Shown here in pieces: positions 43,121-54,723 of a DNA stretch of 64,000 nt. The stretch covers positions 1,760,107 through 1,824,106 of the forward strand of contig MU060876.1 of NCBI GenBank assembly GCA_013265495.1, written 5' to 3'. The stretch's first letter is position 1. Every line of letters starts with the position of its first letter. The DNA comes from Vicugna vicugna (Eukaryota). Under the pieces are notes generated by a model. It had not been told where the DNA came from. It worked only from the letters and a program-made list of their open reading frames with translations, and made no database searches. A program made the translations under genes and the position numbers.

Positions 43121-44639
43121 GAACTGAACTGTCAGCACTTAAATTCTAGAGGAAGTAACCAGGGAAAAACAGGTAGAGATATACAGACAATGAGATGTTT
43201 AAAACAAATTTTGGGAGCAAATATAGATATATAAGACTATGAAAATGAGTGGCCGAGGTCAAGGAACTGGGAGGCCAGGGAATGGAATTGATTGAGTCAA
43301 GGATGTTAAATCACTAAGAATAATGATAAGAATAGTGGTGGAGATAGACACAGTTACCCAGGTGCTAAAATACTATTCACTGAATGAGGAAAAATATAAG
43401 AGATCTGTGGCTGACTAACTGCAAAAAGGTTTGATCTCTGAGGACACATCTCAAACGGACTAGGGGATTTTAGAGAGGAAAGGAAAAGACAATCAGTTGT
43501 CCAGAAACACTAATGAGAAGCAAGCCCACACATTGGTGTCTGGAATGCAAAATAGCCTGGTCCACTTGAGAAGGCCAAGGGGCAAGCAGTTTCCTTAGAA
43601 GCAACCAGATTTAAGTTAGACTGTGAAGTTAAAGGGATCATTCACAGTAAAGGTTGAGAACAAAGATCTCGGCAATGACAAACTATGAGCTCCAAAAGGT
43701 AGAGTTGTAGGATTTAGATGGGGAAGAGCTAAGAGTTTGGGACAGATGGTGGGAAATGGTAAGAACAGCCAGCTGTCCTCAAATACTCATTCATCCCTAT
43801 TTCTCCAGTAGAAGAATCTGAATTTTTGCTGTATACCTGGCCACTTAGAATAAAGATTATATTCCCCAATTGCCCTCAAAACTAGGTGTGGCCATGCAGG
43901 GCATTAACAATTCTTAAACCTACATGGGGATATTACATCAATCAACCTAGTAGTCCAATGTGGGATTTATACTTGAAGGGTGGGTAGATAACACTGCCCA
44001 TCAGTAATGGTTACCCACAGTGGAATTATGAAAAGTAAATGAGTTACCTCTTACAAAAGCCAACTTATTATCTCTTATAAAAGTTATATAAATCAGCATA
44101 ACTTGGAAAATAAGAATAGTACTCTCCCCACCATGCCATCAAGACCATATATAACATGACAAGATAGAAGGAACCAAGATTCTTGAACTTGTGGAGAGTC
44201 CTATCAGTCCTGTACCATCTATTTAGCTTTTTAAGTAATAGAGAATAAAGTTTTATCATGTTTAAGTTACTGTCATCAACAGCTAAATCTAATAATGAAC
44301 TAATGCAGGGAATGAAAAGTCTTGAATGTAGAGACTGAGGTAAACAGGGATGTAAGCTATGATGTAATAGTCCCAATGGTTGGATAAAGGAAAGCAGATA
44401 ATCAACTTAAATTGTAGCCTTCCTCCCAGAACTGCTCTCTTAGGTGGTTTGTAGTGCTGATGCAGAGTTTTGTAAGAGAGAAGGGCAATCTTGCTAGGAG
44501 TACATGTACCTCTATGGGAATTCCTTTACAATCCTGCTAACGAGGCTGTTAGGATTTATTTCAGTAGGCAGTTTATGGAGGGAAAGGAATTGTAGAGTTA
44601 TAGAGGGAATAAACATCCCCAACCTTTTCTCCTAATTTC

Positions 44640-45942
44640 CCCAACCTTAAACTGTGAGCTCAGTCCTTGTACTTCTTCTGTACCTATACTCACTGCCATG
44701 GTCATCTCACCCAGTTTCATGGCTTAATATAAATTTAAATATAGTGACTACCCAGTGACAACCCCCAATTTCTTATCTCCAGTTCAGACCCCTCCACTGA
44801 ACCCAATTTTTATATCTGATTATTTGACAAATCTATTTGAATGTCTGACATCTCAAACTGAAGATTCAAATCAAACCCCTAATCTTTCCTCCAACTTTGC
44901 TTCTCCCACAGCCTTAACCATCTCAGTAAATGGCAATTCCATTCTTCCAGTTGCACAGGTCAAAAACATTGGAATCATCACCAAGTCTTCTCTCACATCA
45001 CAAACACAATTAATAAAAAACAAAATCTGTACGCTCTATCTTCAAAATATCTGAATTTCATGACACCAATGCTATGACCCAGTCCAAGGTGCCATGATCT
45101 GTTAACCTGAATTACAATAGCCTCCTTATTGGCCTCTAACCCCTCACAATCTGTGCTCACCACAGCAGCCAAAATGACTTTTAAAATAGGTCATGGTGCT
45201 TCTCCACTCAAAACTCTCCAATGGCTTCCTATCTCAGAGTTAAAACAAAGGTCTTACAGTGGTGTTCAAAGCTTTTATTGATCTGGACTCTTACTGTGAT
45301 GGTTAATTTTATGTGTCAATTTGGCTACACGATGACGCCCAATTATTTGGGCAAACATGAGTCTAAATGTTGCTATAAATGTATTTTTTAGAGGTGACTG
45401 ACATTTACAATCAGTTGACTTAAATAAAGCAATTACCCTGCATCATGTGGGTGGGCCTTGTCCAACCAGTTGAAGGTCTTAAGAGCAAAGACCAAGATTT
45501 TCCAAAGAAGGACTTCTGCCATCTGACTACAATACAGAAATTTTGCCATCAGTTTCCAGCCTTAAGACTAAAGATTTCAACATCAACTCTTCTTTCTCTG
45601 GAGAGCCCTGATATGCCCATCATTCCTCTAACCTCATCTCCTGTTGCCTCTCTTTTTTTCACTCACTGTTTCAGCCACACTAGCCTCTTTTTTTTCTTCT
45701 TACATACTAATAATGCTTTTGCCTCAGAGCCTTTGTACCCATGCTCTCTGCCTGGAATCCATGACCCCAGATAGCTGTATGGCTTACTCCTTTCTTCCTT
45801 CCTTCATCTTTTTGCCCAAAAGTCACCTTCTCAGTAAAGCCTTGCTGGTGTATCCTATTCAAGGCCATCTGTCATAGTATTTTCCTTACTATTGCCCCTT
45901 TCTAAAATATAAGCTCCATGAGTGTGGATTTTTATCCATTTT
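44640..45942 (+). mobile_element. L2 element interrupted by an MLT2 LTR fragment (about 45295-45600) and by the MIC retrocopy; its 3' tail resumes at 47551-47650
   Basis: ccatctcagtaaatggcaattccattcttccagttgcacaggtcaaaa (L2); tgtgatggttaattttatgtgtcaa (MLT2 start); aagctccatgag..[insert]..tgtctgttttg..cagtaggtgttcagtaaatatttg..aatgaataaatg. Confidence 0.75.
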
Positions 45943-47550
45943 TTTTCTTTAAAGAGCATTTAAAACTTTATTATATGGAATTATGCAGATACTGTGGACA
46001 TAAAATCATGCATATATAAGTGTGATGGGGGTGAAGAGAACCAAAACTCTATTAGACTCCTCAGAAGTGGCTACAAGGACACTTACAGATAAAGCTTATT
46101 GCTTATTAATCCTAATTATCATCCATGTAATACATTATAATATAAAATAACAAAAATAATGTTAATAACTAGTGTGGTACAGCTGCAAGCACTTCATATA
46201 TATTACCATTTTAATCATCCCAACTATAAGTGGAAGCAAATATTATTTTTCCCATTTCATAGATGAGGAAACTGAAGCATCATGAGGGAAAATACTATTC
46301 AAGACCAGAGTAGAGAGTTGAGCTCAGACCTCATGGCTGCAGATTTTATGCTCCCTCAGTTGAATTTATGGGCCCAGGGTCTGACAACAGAGACCAAAAT
46401 CCCAGTTGTGTGAGCCCATTATGATCTGTTGGAGTGTCAGGAGTTGACCAGGGTCTTGTAGGCCAACAGGCTTTGGGCTCTCCACAGCCCATGTTGTCTT
46501 TTTCTTCTTGTACCAAAGGACACAAAGCATAATGATTATGACAAGAAACCACAGCAGGAACATCCAGAATGATCATCCATTAACTCTGTTGCACCAGAGT
46601 CTTTCCAGAGGGCACAGGGTGTGCACTCTGATTTTTACTGTGTTCCACATAGCACATGAACCTTGGGGAACCCTTAAGGCCACTCAGGTCTTGTAGGTCC
46701 CATTCCCAACAGGCAGGACACCCCCAGATTTCTGGACACCCTGCTTAGGAGTTCCTCATCCTGAATCTAGGCCAGTGAGATACTCTGAGGAGAGAAGCTG
46801 TCAGGGTGACCATGCCCTCCAAGGCCATGCTGCTGGTCATGTTCACTGCTGGGGGCACTATTCTCTCTGTGAAGCCCATTTAGGATTTCAGATATTTCTG
46901 CAGTCTTCCACAAAGCTCTCCCTGCACACAGACCCAGTAATTCTTCCTTTTATATCCATCTATGTCCTGGGACTTCTCTATTTCCATAGTCCAGGTCCAA
47001 GTCAAAGACCAGGGCATTTCCCATCCATAGGGCTTTGGGTGATAGGAGGGGAAGAGCTCCCCACGATATTAGAAACAACTGAAGCCCCTGGCATGGCTGT
47101 CTTCTTGGATCTCACAGCCCTGAATCTTCTGGGAAGAATGCAAACTTCCTTTCTCCTCCTGCAGGGCCATGATTTCTGCCTGAAATTTTCTGAGGCCCTT
47201 CCCATTCTTAGTCAAGTCCTTGGACTGTGTGTCCCATGTCTCTGCTCCTAGGACTACTTCTGCCCACAGCCCCCAGGGCTCTACCCGCCTGTCTCACAGT
47301 CACAGCATAGGAAGGCCTGACCATCCAAGTGTCCCTCAGCAGAAAACTGTGATTGCACAGTTCCATCCTGGGATACCACCATGAGGTTATAATGAAGACT
47401 GCTGTATCCTTCTGATCTTGGAGAGTCTCCCAGAGAGGCAGAAGGCAACGGGAACGCCCCCTGAGTACACAGGTACTGGCAGCAGCCATCTTTGGGAGCT
47501 TGCTCCACCACGAGGACATTGTGCTGGCAAGTACCATACTGGAGACCTCA
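45943..47550 (-). pseudogene. Processed pseudogene of an MHC class I chain-related (MIC/MICA-like) gene
   Basis: Manual translation of 47408->46346 gives alpha1 ([44 protein letters not shown]), alpha2 (LHSSQKIQGCEIQED), alpha3 ([36 protein letters not shown]), a TM segment and a tail (TQLGFWSLLSDPGPINSTEGA*). It is colinear with MICA and has no introns, with 5 internal stops plus frameshifts. AATAAA at 45972-45967, an A-tract and a degenerate TSD are present. Confidence 0.92.
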
Positions 47551-48619
47551 GAATTTCTGTCTGTTTTGTTTGCTTCTATATCCCCTGCAACTAGAAACAT
47601 CCTTGCATACAGTAGGTGTTCAGTAAATATTTGTCCAATGAATAAATGGTGAAAAACTGTAGTCATCAGGCAAAGCTCATAAGTGAAGAAGATAAAGGTA
47701 TATAAGTGTATATATAAAGGTATTATCAGTGTAGAGGTTAGAGCAAGAAGTAGAATAGTAATTATGAACGCCTTTTAAACTCAGGTAGACCTCAATATGT
47801 TTGGTGGCAAAGGAGAAGGAACCAGTGAACAGGAATAGATTGGCAACACTACAGAAACAGAAGCTAATGTAAGCCAGCATGGGCCCCTATGAAGTCATTT
47901 GATCAAGGGCACTGATAAAGGGGTCGTTCTATTTTTAAACACATAGATTGACCATTCACACAAGCATAAATACAGATGGTCAGTGGGCAATCAAAAGCAT
48001 GAAGTAATGCACAGCCTCAATTATAATTAAAGAAAGGAAACATAAAACAGCTAGATACCACTTTTTTGTTGTCAGAGTGGCCAAATGCAAAATACCCAGA
48101 ACCCAATCCTGGCATACAGAGAAACAGATACCCGCATACATTACTAAAGTGCAGGAAAACTGGTGCTAATGGTCATTTATTCTTTTCCCACCACCCCCAC
48201 CCCAACACTTCTAACTACCTTTTCTACTTTGGGGGAATTTCCTACCTTATAAATAAAAAACAAATTATTTCCTCTCTAGCCCTCCTTAGAGCTAGGACAC
48301 AGGCAAATTACCTAGGCTCTGCCAATCTGACACATCTGTGCATATTCTGATTTAGAAGCTACTGACTCAAAGGAGGTGTTATATAAAGAATCTACCCTGG
48401 GAAGAATTCCTAGTCATAGGAATTTGTCATCTACATGTAAATGTACACCAAGATACATATACAAACTATACAAGCCTGTTTATTTCAGAACTTGATAGAA
48501 TACTATCAAAAACTAGAAATCTAAATATTCATCATAATTCCACTCTCATGTTGCAGATATATGTTTATAATGTGAAACAGAATTAGAACCAAGAAAATAG
48601 GATTAAGAATTAAGAATTA

Positions 48620-48912
48620 GACTTAACATTATGTTAAATGAAATAAACTAGTTACAAAGGGACAGATACTGTATGATTCCCCTTATATCAAGTATCTAGT
48701 CAAATTCATAGACACAAAAAGTAGAATGCTGGTTGCCTGAGACTGGGGGAAGGAGGACTGGGGAGTTATTGTTTAATGGGTACAGAGTTTCAGTTCCGCA
48801 GGGTGAAAAGAGTTCAGAGGTGATAGTAGCACAACAACATGAATTTACTCAATACCATTGAACTATACTGAACTATACACCCAAACGTGGTTAAGATGGT
48901 TTACAAAAAAAG
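48620..48912 (+). mobile_element. L1MA/MB 3' end fragment
   Basis: aaaggacagatactgtatgattccc..ggggagttattgtttaatgggtacagagtttcagtt. Confidence 0.75.
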
Positions 48913-49789
48913 ACAAAAATTAGATTTAAGAAACAAAACTAAAAGGAAAAAAAGCACTAACAAAATGTGAAAAATCCTGGGAGGAAAAGAGGGAAGGTTT
49001 GACTTGTCAACAAGAATGTGTATAGATAAGAGGCAGCAGAAAGCCTCAGTGGTGAACAAGAATATGAAGGAGAGACAAGAAATTCAAGAGCTAGATCATA
49101 AGTGCATTTATACCAAGTTCTGTTTGGGTCATTTGCATATTGGCTAGCCCTGGGGTGTTGATATTAACAGGTGAAATGAATGGTGTGCTGATGACTACGA
49201 AAGGCTCTATTTTTAAAAGTACAATTTTTATCAACAGTCCCCTAAGTAGCTCTAATCAGACTCCTGTGTCTCTTTCCCAGTAAAGAAAGGAGAGAGACAG
49301 GGGCAGATCTTTTACTCAGATTGGTCCCATCATAGAACCACTTGCAAACTAGATGAGATCTCTTATATGGCAGAAGGCAGAGGCAGGCTCACCATTTCCA
49401 GGGATAGATTAAAAAACATAGCAAGCAAAGGAAACAGGTGTGCGAATGGCAGTACAGTTCAATTACTAAAGACCTCCAACCCCCACCCCACTGCAATTTC
49501 TGTATGCATTTTCTAAAGTGTGTGTTCATGCAGTGTTATTTATATTTCCTTGCAATTCTAGCTATAATTATAGCTAGATCTTGCCAATTATACTTTAATA
49601 TTATTCTTACTGGTTATATTTATAATCTTTTTGCAGGCTGGCCTAATAAATTTCAGCCAATAAACCACAAGATTCACAAATTTAAAAATAAGTAGTCATC
49701 TTTAATTCATTCTTTTTTTTATCAACTAGCATAGAAAAATCATACTCAACTGATAAACTAGAGTGCAGCAACTATTAAAAAAAAGTGGT

Positions 49790-49906
49790 GGGGGCTGTAC
49801 AGCTCAGTGGTAAGCACACACTTAGCATGTGAAGTCCTGGGTTCAATTCCCAATACCACCATTTAAAAAAAATCGTTTAAAAATAAAATCCTTATCTTAA
49901 AAAAAA
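49790..49906 (+). mobile_element. tRNA-Ala-derived SINE (vic-1-like), diverged
   Basis: gtacagctcagtggtaagcacacacttagcatgtgaagtcctgggttcaattcccaataccacca plus an A-rich tail. Confidence 0.7.
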
Positions 49907-50404
49907 TGAGGTGAATCTATATGTACTGATACAGAAAGATGCTTATAATACATTAAATGACCAAAGTAAAATGTACAGCAGTATTATATAACTCAATCCC
50001 CTTTGTAAGAAAAAGGTGGGGGGAGGATATACATTTAAGCTAGTGAATACTAAAACATTTTTCTTGGAAGATATGCAAGACACTTAATGAAGACCTTTGT
50101 GAGGGTATAGACACTAAGATGAAAAGGAAGATTTTAACTCTCATTTTATATGTTTCTGATTGAAGTTTTTTTACCATGTTCATAATATTTTCTTTATCTC
50201 TATATTTTTAAAATGAGATTACCTGAGTGATAGCAGTATGGCCCAATTTTGCTTTCTTCTTTACGCATTTCTGCATTTAAAAACACCCTAATAAATGTTA
50301 TTTTTTTATAAAATCACCATTCAAATTCTCTTTCCAGTTTCTACTGCATTTGACCCATCTTATTGAAACTCTCACCTTGTGATCTTTCAAGTACTGTACT
50401 TTGT

Positions 50405-50562
50405 TTTCTTCTGTATATAAAATGGAGTTAATAATGCCTACTTCACAGGTTAGTTATGATGATTAAATGAGATAAAATACACATGAGATCTAAAAAAGAC
50501 ATCTTACAAATGTCCAGTAGAATGCCTGAAACATAGTAAGTACTTAATAACTGTTAGCTATT
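50405..50562 (+). mobile_element. MIR SINE
   Basis: taaaatggagttaataatgcctacttcacagg..gattaaatgagataa..acatagtaagtacttaataactgttagcta. Confidence 0.7.
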
Positions 50563-53500
50563 TGTAGTGAAAATTGGTGTTTTTGTCATTCTGCATGTAT
50601 TCACTCTTTCCCTAGCTACAAAGAATTTCTCCTTGGAACACCCAGTTCCTCACTTTTAGCCCAAATGGCTTGAATGGAGCCAGCATGAGACCCAGACTTA
50701 AAACAATTAGAGCATTCCAACAGAAACTTTTATTCAACCAGAAGATGGGAAAGAAAGAGTCACCCTGAGGTCTTTAATTTTAGAAGATTTGAGGCTGGAG
50801 TTACTGTAGCTATCTTACCACAGCAAGGGGAGAGACTGGTGGTACCAGAGGCCACTATGTGGAACCTGAGAATAATGCCAAGACAAGGAAATGCAAAGCA
50901 GAGCAAAGAAAGAAACCAAATCTTGATGTCTTTGTTTAAACACTGAATCCAGTTATACTCAACTAACTCTTTGGTTATGGAAGCCAATTTTTTTCTTTTC
51001 TCAAGACAATTTAAATTGGGTTTTCTGTCGCCTGTAATCTAGAGAGTCCTGAGACTCAAGTCTATAATTACTTCTTCTTCCTAGAGTCTAAGAATGGACT
51101 TTCTCTGTTGCTATCCTCTCTTTATTCACAACTTTAAAAATCTAATCTATTTTTAGTATTCCAACTATTCTTGTAACTCCATCTCATCCTATTTCCTCTC
51201 CTGACAATATTCTCTACCTCTGCTACCCACTGGATATATCTTTCCTAATCTCAAACTATATGAATAAAAACAAACTCATTTTTCAAAACAGTCAATCTCC
51301 CAAAATTGTTCTACTTCCTCACTTCCCTTTTTTTCTGTTAAGGTAGGTGAGAATTTCAACAAGATTGGTGTACTAGGGGGCTTATATTATCAAGAAAAAT
51401 ATTCATTACTATCTGTCCTGTGTCTATATCTAATTTATTCATCTTGAACAATATTCTCTAAGTATTTATACATTACTTATACAAATGCATATGTATTTAT
51501 TCATCTTGCTTTATTAATACCTAATCCAAATATTTAAAGTTACAAACTTGATTAATATTTTTAAACATTTACCTACAAATTAACTTCAGACTTAATGAAA
51601 TTCTGTAACCACATTAGAAGGCAGACAAAAAATATATTATAATGATGACAAAATTTAACTATGCACTTCAAGAAGTGCAAACATGCCATTTTAATTCTAT
51701 TTCCAATTTCTCTCTTTGAACTTATTCTTATTTCTTCCTGTGGGGTACAATTTTTTAAAATATAAAAAGTGAGGGTTCTCTTCTCAGACTGCCTGAAAAT
51801 AAAAATAATGGCTGTTAGTAGATGATTTTGGACCAGAAAGCTGAGACTTGGTTATACTTTCCAAGATGATTGTAACCTAGTCCATCCCAATTGGACCAGC
51901 TTCTTTTTATCCAAAGTATTGGCAGGGCTCAATCAAGTCTTTTATCTCTTATGACCCTAATCTTTTCTCAAATCACTTCTCCACTTATTCTGAGTGCCCT
52001 ACTTTCACTCTGGATTTAAGTCTCCTCCGCAGCCATTTGTTATGGATGTCTTTTATACATTACACAACCTGGTTTAAGCTCATTTGAAAAAATATTTGTC
52101 CTGTGTGAAGCATGGTTAGGTTCAGCTAAATCTAAAGCTATCAGTCACTTTATTGATTTATTGAAATTACATTTCTTTCTCATCAGTCATGATGACCTAT
52201 CATTATTTACAGCAATCATCAAAGGCAGTAAAACTAGGATTTATTTGTGACTTATTTTCTTCCTATCCCCTCATCACTAATCCAAGGATTCACAAAGAAT
52301 AGAAGCTGACTGACTTTTAAGGGCTTAGACTTTTAGCCATTAAAATCTGCAAAAGCTATAGATTTCCACCCCAAATGTGTCCAGATTTTTTCCATTCTAC
52401 TGCATAGGCACTTCTCACCTTCCACATGAAGGACTGTACAATAATAATCTAAGCCATGTCTGATTAATCTCTTCCCTTTTAACACATCCCACAAAACTAT
52501 TGGATTTTTGTTTGTTTACCAAGTCATTCCTTAGCTCAAAATTTTTCTAATATTTTGAAAATGTATCATATCTATCATCCTTTATATAGCTTTCAAGACT
52601 CGATAAGCTAACCTTCTTCCAAATTTGACGTCCCATTAGTCATCCTCAGCATATACCCTAATAAGGTCAACGTCATAAACAGCAATATCAAATGCTTGTA
52701 GTGTGTGTGCTAGACAAACAATCATAAACAATCTTATGTGGTAGGTATTATATACTGGTTTTATAATAAACACTCTCAGAGATTGATCACTTGAGTAAAT
52801 TGTCCAAGCATGTGGCTAAAAAATGATAGGATTTGGGATTCTGTTATCTGCTATATCTTTCTACTAAATCGTGCTCTGTCCCCCACATACACCACTCAAT
52901 TTGGTCTAGTCTTTGCTTTTTTTCATCGTTAATATCTTTTCAACTCAGATTTAGTAGTGTTTTACAGACTTCGAAAATCCATAAGATTCCAGATGCTCTC
53001 AAAGAGAATTGCTACATTTTCTTGGTACACGTACCGGCCAATTTTTTTTTCATTGAGCTTTATTGTCTGTAGTTTATCTTACAAAAACAATAATTTTTTT
53101 CAAATATATAGGTATATTGTAATATCGAGTCAATGTTAACTCAAACCACATCAGTCTCTCAACCTCAGCAAATTCTTACACTTGGAGGGAGTGTTCACCA
53201 CATCAGTTTTTGAGAATCATGGAACTTGAATATGCTCCTCAGGGCACAAATCATACTTACTTATTTATAATGATAATGTAAGTTCGTTCAAAAAGCAGAT
53301 TAGCGCTTTATTATGCCAGGCCCTAAAAATGCAAAAATTAAAAGAGGGAAAGAGGCTCCCCATTCTCAATGTCAAGTACTTAAGAGTCGCTGAATAAATG
53401 CTTATTGGAGTTAGTCAAATCAACCAGTGGCTAACACTGTGGGGGTAAGGACCACGTTTAAGAATCAGATCAAAGTTCTAGGAAAACTAACTCCCCAGAA

Positions 53501-54110
53501 AAATTCCCAGGCACACAGAATTTTTCATACAATTCCGGGGTCACGGGGTTAGTGAAGAGATGGTATGAACGTCTCTGAAGTCTAATCACCTACCAGCAGA
53601 TCCACAAACTCCTAGTTAAAAACCTACAAACAAAACTAAATTCTCTGAGAACAGGAATACTTGCTGAGTAGTCCTGATTATGCCTGACACAGTGCAATGT
53701 ATACAAAGCTACTTAAGAAATATTTGCTGATTGATAATTTTCCCATAACCAGATGGCATCGCTTCCATTACGGAGTCTTTCAGCCAAATGATTTTAAAAG
53801 CCTGAAACCTCCTTTCACTAGTGACACTACTGACCTAACACCAATAACTAGAAATTATTATTTTGCTATTCACTACACGATCATTCACCAATCCAGGTCT
53901 TGTCTCCTCCTTGTTGTCCCTTTACTTCCTCCAAACCCAAGGCTGCCTTCGCATCCCAAAAGCTACGTCCAGAGTCCCACTGCTGCCAGGGAGAAGGAAA
54001 ATAACTGATGCTCCACGCCGCACACACCCTCAAAGCAGGGAAGGTGGATCCAGTAACGGCCACAACTTCCAAATCCTTTTCTCACCTCTTCCAGAGGTAA
54101 AGAGATTTAC

Positions 54111-54200
54111 CTTAAGTTCCAGGAAGGCGGTGGCAATCGCTCAGAGCCGGCACTCATTACCAAGAAGCCTCGAACCTCCCCGTCACCATAGCGACTTCCA
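54111..54200 (-). other. IFT80: IFT80 non-coding exon 1 (5' end approximate)
   Basis: Lies at the edge of the CpG island. Minus-strand donor CTTAAG|GTAAAT at 54111/54110, with an alternative donor AAGAG|GTGAGA at 54086/54085. The TSS cannot be determined from sequence. Confidence 0.6.
54182..54195. promoter_or_regulatory. Candidate RFX X-box (GTCACCATAGCGAC) at the IFT80 5' end
   Basis: One mismatch to GTNRCC-N2-RGYAAC; sits at the start of a ciliary IFT-B gene. Confidence 0.55.
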
Positions 54201-54599
54201 AAAGCTACGCTCACTCCCTCTTCCCGCGATACTTCCCGGCAAAGCGTCACCCGAGCGGGCCCGGGACTCCACCCCTACACGAGCCCGCCCTCTCCTTAAG
54301 GGGTGTTATTGGATGACTGAGTCCTGCCTTCGTCAGTGGGCGGAACCCCACCCTATTTTTTTTTATCTTTTTCAAAACTCGCAAAGATTTTTAAAAAATA
54401 TTTTTATAAGAGTGCTGTTTCCGTAGGCCGCAGAGAAAACACTGTCTTGCTCTTCTTTTTCACTTAGTAGAAAGGTCCGCCGCCTGGGTCCCGCCAGGAG
54501 TCCGCGCATGCGTGTAAGCGACCAGAAAATGGCGGAGATAATCGCCGCATTTTTTTCAAATTAATGGTTCCCAGAAAGCATTGCGCGCATTTGTAACGA

Positions 54600-54723
54600 A
54601 TTTCCGTTCGAGTTTGTATTTTAGGCGCCATTTTCGAGTGAAGGACCCGGAGCCGAAACACCGGTAGGAGCGGGGGGGCTACACAACCGTTTCCAGCCTT
54701 GGTTTGAGTGGACTGTCCCGCAG
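54600..54723 (+). other. SMC4: SMC4 non-coding exon 1 (5' end approximate)
   Basis: Donor CCGCAG|GTAAAG at 54723/54724 within the CpG island, upstream of the ATG-bearing exon. Confidence 0.65.

Noticed and set aside
42728..43138. 136-aa ORF (also 44755..45054)
   Set aside because: Decayed L2 sequence.
46775..47251. 158-aa plus-strand ORF and 152-aa minus-strand ORF 47208..47666
   Set aside because: Antisense or off-frame shadows of the GC-richer MIC pseudogene, with no independent coding signal.
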